From contig LVLI01000220.1 in NCBI GenBank assembly GCA_001687465.1, positions 1-38,058 on the forward strand: a DNA stretch of 38,058 nt. Direction: 5' to 3'. Below are positions 1 to 8,988 of the stretch, piece after piece. The notes under the pieces were generated by a model. It was not told the DNA's origin, made no database searches, and saw nothing but the letters and a program-made list of their open reading frames with translations. The translations under genes and the position numbers were made by a program. The stretch is from Halocafeteria seosinensis. Taxonomy: Eukaryota. Within the stretch, counting starts at the first letter, position 1. Each line of letters starts with the position of its first letter.

Positions 1-135
1 CTATCGACCAATGGCGACCATACAATGTCGTACATAAGTTGGAAAAAGCATATTCTTGTGTGTGGTAAACCAAACCTATTACTTGGCTACTTAACTGTGC
101 GTTGTAGTGGTGTGGAAAGCCTTAGCGTAGCAAGC

Positions 136-2627
136 ATGGCCAAAGGTAAGGTGTCCTACGACTGTTAACGGCCGCGGATCCCCACGATGAGGGACGCACA
201 CATACACGAGGATGCTCGTCTCATATCTTCCTGTATGTCTCTATGAGATTCAAACTGCCGAGTACTTTGTGCAGACAAGACGAGCTCATCCTCGAAAAAG
301 AGGTCCTCCTCGAAAGACAAGGACAAGGAAAAGAAAAGGTCGTCGTCAAAGTCAAAGTCCAAGAGCGATAAGCACAAGAGGTGTGTAGTATGGCTGCATT
401 GTGTGGTTGGCAAACTATCCAACGATTTGACTGGATTGAATGCGGCATTATGAAAAATGCAGCAGTGCAAGAGACAATGAGGAGACAGAGCCCGAGGTTC
501 CCCCAATTCCAACGACCGCCACCGCAGAAACACAGCAATACCCTCTAGAATTCAACGCAGGACAACTATATGAACGGTATGTCAACCATGCATACGTAAG
601 CGTGTATGACCCTATAGGAATCGCATCAACATAGTTGATGACTGCGCAGATATGCAAGCTCCAACTCGGGGATGCTGGATAGGAGTGCATTCGTGCGAAT
701 GGCCAAAGATCTCAACTTGCCCCTGCCAAGTGGTCCAGCACTAGACTCGCACGGATTTTTAAGTCCACGTAGCGAATTCGACGCGGGTGTACTATTTGAA
801 CGGTACGATAGGAACAGAAGCGGGTTTCTAGAGAAGGAAGAGTTTCAGAGATTAATGTATGACATAGGAGTTGTTTCCAACCCTGGTCAGCTCGGTCAAG
901 GAGCTGTAAGCATCCCACCAGTATGGAGTCAGCATCATAGTTTCGGGCAAATCCCAACGGCAAGCTATCCCCATGCTCACCAGTGGAATGTACCCCCAGG
1001 AGGCAGCATACCGTCTTATGGTGGTTATCCTTTGTATAACATGACAAACACAGTACATCAGCGTCGTCCGGAAGGAGACGAACCGGGTCCCTTCCAGTGG
1101 GGCAGGATGTACGAGCAATATAGTCAAGTAGGTGAGAATGGCATGACCAGAGGTCAATTTCGCTCTTTCGTGGACGATATGCGGAAGTCAAATATGCACA
1201 AAGGCTGGTCTTCACATGGCGCATCTCCGGAGCATAGCTATCCCTATGGACACTCCCAATCGCTTGAGATTCCGGCAGCATATCATCCCACGATGGGTCC
1301 TTGGGCTTCTGGTGGACCTCCTGGTTATGTGCCCTCTGCGCAATATGGAACCGGGGCCAGTGTTTACGGCCCTGGAAGAACAGCTAACACACCCGACGCT
1401 AGTTTGGTGGGATATGGGCCTGCCGCAGATGGAAGAAACATTGCTGGCGATGACCTATTCCAAACATTTTCTTCACGTGTTGAGTCGCTACAGTCTGCCG
1501 TCTCCTCCTTACTCAGCAAGAGAGAGTCGATGTCATATCATGTATCAAAATTGAAGACAAATCAGTCGGAAATCGCTGAGAAACGTGCACAAATAGAACG
1601 AGAAATTATGGCTGACGTAGAGGCAATGCTTCATCGGCTTAGAAGTGCAGAGGCTCAGAAGCAGTCGGCTCTTCAACATGAAATGGATTCAGTAACTGGA
1701 GATATTTCTGCGATTGACCGTTTCGCCCAAGAATTTGCCGGAATGGCGTTGTCTCCTGATGCTCCTAAGGACACCAAAGAGGTGCTACACCAACTAGCCG
1801 ACATCAACAGTACAAGGGAGCAGCTCCGTACCAATCCGCCATCAACGGACAAATTGTTGCAGTTTATGCGGTCCTACCCAGGGTTATGCGGGGAAGCGGA
1901 TCGGTTAGTTTCAAAAGAGTGGGGTTCCGGAGAACCGGTACGAACAGATGATCTACCCAATGAGCTACAAGAGCGAAAAGCGTTGATGAAAAAGGCCAAG
2001 TCTTTAGAGGAACTAAACCATAATAAGAATTCCGTCATTGAGGCTTTAGTTCGAGAAAGGGAATCGGCTGCTGAAGACGTTGCCTCAATGAGTAATGCCT
2101 CCGCTGCAGAGCTCCAAGAGTGGATGCGTCTAACGGATCGCCTAACGGCAGAACTTCGCAAGTATCAACGTCGTGAGCACCTCGGCGGCGATGAAGCATT
2201 CATCCCATCAGGATACCCGGGCAACTACTCCACCGTCTACCAGAATACTGCAAATCCTAACAATTCAATAAAATCAGCTGAATTGGGAGAGAGCTTACAA
2301 GGTATTTGGGGTAGATATCCTCAAAGGGCTGGAGCTCCGGCTGCGAGAAGTGCATCTAAACCACCCACTCCTCCCGGGCGTCCACAGGGAAGCAAAGGCG
2401 CTCATTCAGCTCCTCCCACTGAAGGTGAAGAAAAGGACACAAGGAATACAACGGAAGCTGGGGAAGCTGAAGTGTCGGTACCGGTTACCGCTAGTTATGG
2501 GGAGGCACAGGAATCCGAGGCTGCTCGTGTGGCCACTGAGGCTGAAGCTGCGTTGTTCAGTTCTGGAGAGGCAAACCAGATGCATGTTCACGAAGCCAGT
2601 GATGTCGAGGCCAATGACGACATGTAG
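136..2627 (+). CDS. EF-hand and coiled-coil protein, 4 exons (136-145, 275-380, 463-576, 650-2627)
   Basis: GT-AG introns 146-274, 381-462 and 577-649 join MAKDKTSSSSKKRSSSKDK... in frame to the 651-aa ORF. Contains a canonical EF-hand loop (YDRNRSGFLEKEEF), a Pro/Gly/Tyr-rich linker and a long heptad-like helical region. The 5' exons are inferred. Confidence 0.8.
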
Positions 2628-2801
2628 AAGAGTCATGAAAATAAAAAACACAAAAGTAATGGTACTGAAGAGTGTAAGCGTCTATTTATTTGATGTTATC
2701 CACAGAGCTTCCGCCGGCCCTCGCCTCAGAGACTGGTCATACGCAGATAGATTTCATAGGCTGTACCCCATCTATGTTATTTAGTTAGTAGTGGTGAGTC
2801 T

Positions 2802-3243
2802 TTACGCCCTTTCTTCATTCTTTTGCGCTAGTTCTCGCATGGACAGGTTTCCTATACGTGCTTGTTGTTCTCTCCACTCCTCATCCGGGTCCTCGCGAGG
2901 AATATACCCCACAGAGCCTTTCCTGTACTCTGGTAGATAATTGACGCACTGTTCAAAGAAATCCTTCCTCCTAGGTCTCTGCATATAAATAAATATATGT
3001 TTATTTCAGGAATGGTGCTGTATGCATGGCACGAATGTCGAAAAGAGCTTATTTACCTCTCCTGTGAGCAAGTATTTGACCACCGCGGGGCCTACTCCAA
3101 TGCCCGTCAGGCTGCATTCATCATCATTAACCATCCATGTTCGCGCACACATGTATGTATACCCTACCATACCAGATGTAATGCACATACCATGTCAGAA
3201 AGACGGCGAGGCCCGGGTACAGATTGAAATTGCCTACTACCAT
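2802..3243 (-). CDS. 94-aa single-TM protein resembling complex I subunit NDUFA1/MWFE, 3 exons (3243-3191, 3111-3057, 2978-2802)
   Basis: Two phase-consistent GT-AG introns give MVVGNFNLYPGLAVFLTCLTGIGVGPAVVKYLLTGERPRRKDFFEQ...; the N-terminus parallels MWFE 'LPGLSVMGVCL...GGKEKR'. The gene model is firmer than the family call. Confidence 0.6.
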
Positions 3244-3700
3244 TTCGTTCGGCCCCCTTCCGTTTATTTCCTCCACAAAAGCAGCACCAATCGCTTGCGT
3301 ATATACAGAGACAATAACCAGTCTCGTATCACCCGCAACACTCTATGAAACACTGGATTCAGTTTCCTAACTTACGGTGGAGGACACGACAAACTTTGCT
3401 GAGACTCACGAAGAACTTGTTTGTTGCACACACAGAGAGACGAGAAGGAAGATACGCTAGTTAGTGGTTAGGTAGATAGATTCAAGCTGCACTTGTCGGC
3501 TTTACCCGAAAACGACCTTCCGTCAATACTGTAGGTAGCTAGCTGCCTATTGTATTTGTACACCCCCACTCCTTGCGGGCTGGGAATTGGGAATGCTATT
3601 CGCTTGCATAACGTAGACAAAGTAAAAGCTAACCTTTGACGCCAACGACAGTAGTCAGTTTAGCAAGCAAGCGAACTGCCGTACGACACGATACTATACA

Positions 3701-4503
3701 ATGGCTAGCCAGCAGGAACCGGACCCAACGCCAAGCAGCGACACATCCTCTTCAGTGCTTACGAGTACTACGGAAACAAATGGAAGCGAAACCAACGCCG
3801 TCTCCACCGCTATGAGCAGTTTGGAAGCGTCTTCTGCGGCCGAATCCACCGGAGTCCATGAGCAGAATACCGCCACCTCGTCGTCGGGAGCAGTTGCCGC
3901 CGTCGCCGCCACATCGAGTAACGCGTCGACTTCCCAAGAGGAGGAGGATGAGAGTCTGAGAAGGTACAAGGATAAACTTATGGAGATGCAAAAGGCGACG
4001 AAAGATCCCAGTACCGGCAGTGTGATACTTCGCGAGGTCAGGTTATTGATTAAAGGCCACTCCGATATCAGCGTTCCCCTAAGTACGGAAGAAGAAGTCG
4101 AACAAGCAAACAAGTTACACTTTGTTTTCAAAGAGGGAGCAAAGTATACGATGAGGCTCAAATTCTCCGTAGTGAACCATGCTGTAGAACATCTTCGCTT
4201 CAAGCATAGTGTCTACAAGGCCAAACTAAAAGGTAAGTCCTTACTACAAGATGTATCCACCTTACTACTGGAACGATACCTTGGCGTCACGCAGTGGATG
4301 AACTTGATCAGAATCTTGGATCCTTTCCTCCAAAGGGCGAAGACTATGTGTATAAGTACGACTTCCCGGAAGATGAATGGCCGAGTGGTATTTTCGCCCG
4401 CGGGAAATATACGGCGAAGGTGACATTTTCGGATGCATTAGATCGAACCTATTGCGCTTTTGCGTACACTTTTGAAATACGGAAGAACTGGGCAACAAAG
4501 TAG
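3701..4503 (+). CDS. Rho GDP-dissociation inhibitor (Rho-GDI), intron 4233-4294
   Basis: Motifs EDESLRRYKDKL, FVFKEGAKY, LGSFPP, PSGIFARGKY and FEIRKNW. The intron gtaagt...gcag joins ORFs 3701..4423 and 4294..4503. Confidence 0.95.
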
Positions 4504-4561
4504 TATTTTTACTTCTCCCGCAAGCATTAGATATTCTCGCATATCAGTATCAAAATACAAC

Positions 4562-4669
4562 TAGGTGGGGACCCACGGAATCACGTATAGTGCAAACGTT
4601 CAAGTGCACAGTGTACGGTGCTCACCTTATATTCTTCGTCGTGAGTTCGGTGTCAGGGTACCCCACATA
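4562..4669. repeat. Degenerate ~108-bp foldback, possibly MITE-like
   Basis: taggtggggaccc...tcacg at the left pairs imperfectly with cgtga...gggtaccccacata at the right; central gtgcac palindrome; TA at both ends. Confidence 0.35.
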
Positions 4670-4799
4670 CTGAGGTAGTGGCGGACCTCAAGTCTGTTAA
4701 GACAAGCGAAGCAGTGTTGGTCCGCTCTACCAGACCAGACGCGGTCTGTTACCTATGCGAAAGGATGCAAATCGGTCAACATTCTCTTGGCACGTCCAG

Positions 4800-5292
4800 A
4801 GTAGTTCGTCATCGATCCAAACCCGAATCTCTCCGCGCAAGCTCAACCAATAGAGCATCGGGAAGACATTTGCGTGACTGAGGTGACCGCTTATTTCGGC
4901 GTACCCTCTGACGTATGGCACAGCGCTCGTACACACAAACAAATGTGACAGATAGCCCACCGGCCGGGAAGTTGACCGCATCCTCTTAACGCATCCTCTT
5001 AACGAGGAGCGGTATGCGCCCGTGTTAAGCAGCGCTCGTAGCTGTAGCCATCTTGTGTAAAAGCAGGATCTTCCATAGCGCGCATAGCTATTGGACAACA
5101 GAAAAAAAACCTGGACAGTTGTATCCTCCAAGAGATTGCTGAACCGCCTTCGGAGGACGCTGTGTCCTGGTTATCAATTGACTGCCGTCTTCGATATGAG
5201 CACTCCTCTTGTCTTGTCGCCGTATCGTATCCTCCTGTACTATACGGATCCCTCTATTGCTTCAGTTGTCCGCTCCGGCCCTCCCAATGTTT
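4800..5292 (-). pseudogene. U-box domain pseudogene, copy A (insertion-disrupted, frameshifted)
   Basis: Removing the insert 4932-5029 and one TSD restores FCCPIAMRAMEDPAFTQDGYSYERCAIRQRVRRNKRSP. The U-box C-terminal helix (LSLRGEIRVW) follows in another frame. The left boundary is approximate. Confidence 0.8.
4932..5029 (-). mobile_element. 5'-truncated non-LTR-type retroelement (LINE/SINE) 3' end, copy 1
   Basis: Flanked by the exact direct repeat CAGCGCTCGTA (4921-4931, 5030-5040). Near-identical to the reverse complement of ~37919-38010. TG-rich tail; internal 13-bp duplication gcatcctcttaac. Confidence 0.8.
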
Positions 5293-5445
5293 CGCACGTG
5301 TCACATCCATTGCTAGTATCCGATAGCAACGCACGAGAATCACCTTGAGAATGAGAGATAGAATAAATGGACTACAGCGCAAGGGTGTAACGCTCAATTG
5401 GTTACATGCTCGAGTTACTTACACTATTCCGGTCAAACGCGAGCG

Positions 5446-5547
5446 ACTATTGGTTATTAGAATTGAAGAACATGCGTCCATAAATCTATAGGGACCAAAC
5501 AATTGTCTGATACACCTGAACTCAGATGGCCAATTTACTCGAGCTAA
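5446..5547 (+). repeat. Diverged duplicate of the sulfotransferase 3' end and downstream sequence (matches 8020-8122)
   Basis: actattggttattagaattgaagaacatgcgtccataaa...ggccaatttactcgagctaa aligns with actactggctattagaattgaaaaacctgcgtccataaa...ggccaatttactcgagctaa. Confidence 0.9.
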
Positions 5548-6074
5548 CGTATGGCACAGAGCTTGTAGGTGTAGCCATCCTTTGCGAAAACAGGATCTTC
5601 AAGAATGCGCATAGTTATTGGACAACAGAAAGAAGATGGGCATTCAGTGTCAACGTCAAATCCTGTTCCACGTAATTTTTGTATCCTCCAAGAAATTGCT
5701 GAGCCGCCTTCGGCCCCCGGAAGTTCGGGGGACACTGTGTCTTCGATATGGGCACTCCTCTTGTCCTGTCGCGGTATCGTATCCTCCTCTACTATATCAG
5801 ACAGTCCCTTCCGGTCCTCCCAACGTTACCGGCAAAAAACACCGTACAACGCACAAAGGAGACCATCGCCCTCCTTGTTTGCGTGCTTCCCCACCGCACA
5901 CAGACGCTCACACACACTCCACAAGGGGTAAGAAACCTCTACCCAAGGTATGGCAGAAAACGGTAGTCCGTAGCACGCACAAACACTAGCTAACAACCCG
6001 CCACCGGAGGTACGGGGTAAGAGTATCAGAGAGCACCTGAATCTGGAGAAAGACAACCGTCGCGTGGTGAACAA
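5544..6074 (-). pseudogene. U-box domain pseudogene, copy B (truncated mid-domain)
   Basis: ECPSSFCCPITMRILEDPVFAKDGYTYKLCAIR* is a half U-box that ends at the duplication junction. An in-frame TAA at 5826-5828 separates it from the upstream same-frame ORF. 5547-5827 aligns with copy A. Confidence 0.75.
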
Positions 6075-7061
6075 CGTAGGTATATACGGTCACCGCTCCT
6101 GCTCCAGGTAGACGGTCAATCAATTGAGATCGACCAGCAAGTTGCAGGGCTGTTGCTCCTTTCGTGAACATTGACTGATTCCTCTCGATACTTTCGGTAT
6201 GCCGGGAAGAATGTAGAGTCGGTTTCCACGCATCAGCGCGGAGAAAAGGGAATGACGAAGATCGAGATGGTATATCACGTACTGTACGTGATCGCCGCGG
6301 CTCTCATCACCACGTATTTAAGTGCGACATTCGTGTCCCTAGACTGGAGCTTATCCTTAGATGTGTGGAGTAGCTTTTATTTCCTACCTCACTTTGTTGC
6401 TGTCGCATTCCACGTTCTGTTACTCGCAAGTCCCTACTTGCATTTTTCGCCAACAGCAGGGATGAGGGACAAGCCCTGGGGAGTTAAGAAAACCAATTAG
6501 ATACTGGATATTGTCAACTGAACGAACCGAGTGTATCATATATGCAGGAAGCAGCAGTTGGTCTTTTGGCTTCATGAGCTGGCGAAGAGCACCACACTGC
6601 TATGATGGCAGTCTCGCAGGCGCATTTTCCCCTGCCTGCGCTACATGTATAGTCCAAAGGTTGTACAATGAATACCGAAGAGTGGATCCATTAGGCTTGA
6701 CATACACCCAACCGTTGTATTGTGCAGTAGTCGCAAGACAACTCGTTTCCCCGAAGCAATGATTGACATTGCTGGCGGACCATACCGCCGTGCGTGGATT
6801 TGGTATGCTGTACGATGTGAAATTACTACTGGCTCCGTACTTTGTGTGTCTTAATTAACTGGTTGTATGTGGATATACATTTGTATGTATTTCAGTGGTA
6901 TTCCAGCGCCCATCAGCTGACCCGGCTGCAGCACTTCCTGAGCTCGCTGCGAACTTGCCACGGCTGGTGGCTTGGTTGACGGTACTGAGGTGGAACATAT
7001 AATTGGTTCCCGGTCAAAGGTGATACACTCCGCGTGGAATTGTCGAAAGCGTTCCAGGTGA

Positions 7062-8057
7062 ATGCACAGGTTGCATCACAGCTGGCCCTGCCGCTCTGCA
7101 GGCAAAGAGTCACATGGTGCGAAGTGTACAGGTACCTACCGGAGGACCCTCCTAGTAGGTAGCGTCGCCGCTATTTGTTTCTTATGCCTACTTGCAACAC
7201 TTCATCAAGCAGCAATATGGCGATGGCGAGCCACTGCGGTTGTTTCCGTCAGAACCCCGGCGCGGTTAAGCTTCGAAGGCCCTCAGCGCCTCAACTTACC
7301 ACCTTTGCACAGCCGGCGTATAGAAGAACAGTTGGGAGACGTACTGCGAAGAAATGAGCAAGTTGCAGTGGACCGAGAGACCAATTTTACGAATACAAGG
7401 GATTCGCCTTTAAGTCCATCAACGCATGGGGAGCCACCAAGGCGAATCCTTTTGCATATTGGCAAGTGTGGAGGCAATGTCCTAAAGGACACTTTAGGTA
7501 TTGGATTTTTCCACCGAATTATTCATATTTCGGGTGGTCGCACATTCACACCTTCCAAAAACGACCATATATTTATTGCTGTACGCGACCCAGTTTCTCG
7601 GCTGGTATCTGCGTGGAAGTGGCGAAAGTATTTGGTTTGGTGGGGCGCCCGAATGGCTGAGACTCGGTGTGCCTTATGTGAAGAAACTAGTTGCTTAAGC
7701 TTATTTTCCAGCATAAACGAGCTTGGCGAGGCACTGGACTACAGTGCACAGGCTAAAGCACTCCTAACGGAAGGCTGCATAAGGCATGTTAACCAGAACT
7801 TCGAGTACTATGTTGGACGAATTATTGCGTACATTGCACAAAATGCTCAGAAAGTGGATCTGATTAGACAAGAACACCTGACTGAAGATGTTTACACACA
7901 CTTTGGAAAAAAGGTAGAAGGAACAACGCATTACACCGGGGGCGTGAGTTCAAGTTCCCGCCTAACAGAAAAAGCACGAGAGAACTTGCGAGTTCTCTTA
8001 GACTCAGAGTATCGAATTTACTACTGGCTATTAGAATTGAAAAACCTGCGTCCATAA
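7062..8057 (+). CDS. Type II membrane sulfotransferase (Sulfotransfer_2-like), apparently intronless
   Basis: N-terminal TM (LLVGSVAAICFLCLLATL), stem region, 5'-PSB-like LLHIGKCGGNVLK and 3'-PB-like FIAVRDPVSRLVSAWKW. Confidence 0.85.
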   Translation: MHRLHHSWPCRSAGKESHGAKCTGTYRRTLLVGSVAAICFLCLLATLHQAAIWRWRATAVVSVRTPARLSFEGPQRLNLPPLHSRRIEEQLGDVLRRNEQVAVDRETNFTNTRDSPLSPSTHGEPPRRILLHIGKCGGNVLKDTLGIGFFHRIIHISGGRTFTPSKNDHIFIAVRDPVSRLVSAWKWRKYLVWWGARMAETRCALCEETSCLSLFSSINELGEALDYSAQAKALLTEGCIRHVNQNFEYYVGRIIAYIAQNAQKVDLIRQEHLTEDVYTHFGKKVEGTTHYTGGVSSSSRLTEKARENLRVLLDSEYRIYYWLLELKNLRP

Positions 8058-8988
8058 AATCCGTAGGCACCAAACAATTGTCTGATACATCTGAACGCAG
8101 ACGGCCAATTTACTCGAGCTAAAATAGGACCAGATACTAAGTGCGGTTTTCCCTCCTTGTAAATTGAATTTTGGGTGCTAAAGTTGTAAATTTTGCCATG
8201 GCTTCCTTCTTTTGTACTGCTTCCAGTGGAGTCATTTCATTGGTCTCATGATGGAAAATCTTACAGCTATTGACTGTCTCATTGACCTTGGACCTTCGTT
8301 TGGTCAGTGTAACTGCTTAGCATTCCCATTTTCCATTTCATCTCAAAAATCATGAATTTCTTGCGGATTTGACGCGGTGATATACGTACTTCCTTTGTCT
8401 TCATGTATTTAGACAACGTTGACTTTCTGAATTGTCCCAACAAAACAGTATCACTTAGTCTTGCGATCGACTCGTGCTCTCTGCGCTTGTGAGATTTTAA
8501 CATTGGAATAAAGCTGTTGAACGCACGTAACTCTACAGTATGTACGGAATGTGCTACGGTAATGCGCGTTTGAACCTTGTGCTCACGTATCCTCAGATGA
8601 TGTCTTTGCCCGGGAGTTCAAAAGTCTTTCCCTTCTTTCTTCTTTTGGCTGACAGAACTTTTGAACTTTGGTGACCCATCGTTCGTTGATCATTGGACTG
8701 ACGTATCGCTCATGCCTCGTTCGTTGACCATGGGAGTCTCGACTCCCGCTCATGAATCCTCGTTTGTGATATATCGCAGCGCATTATATCGAATATGAAC
8801 ATGACGAGTTAAGTTGCTGCAGACTGCAGTTTGGGAGAGAAGTCGAGAAGTTACTGCGGGTCGGCATGGGTAGGGATCCCACAGTTTTTGTTGTTGTAAG
8901 AGTGGATTGATGCACCAATCCACACCACTTGAAGACGTATCCAGTATTGACAGATAGTATACGCGTATAGTCTTCCTACCCCAGGATA

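Noticed and set aside
6171..6762. Hydrophobic ORF 6252-6500 and the following ORF as a membrane-protein gene
   Set aside because: No recognisable motif and no convincing splice model. It may be a real or decayed gene but cannot be supported.
8279..8503. 74-aa basic minus-strand ORF
   Set aside because: Short, no family signature, no supportable exon extension.
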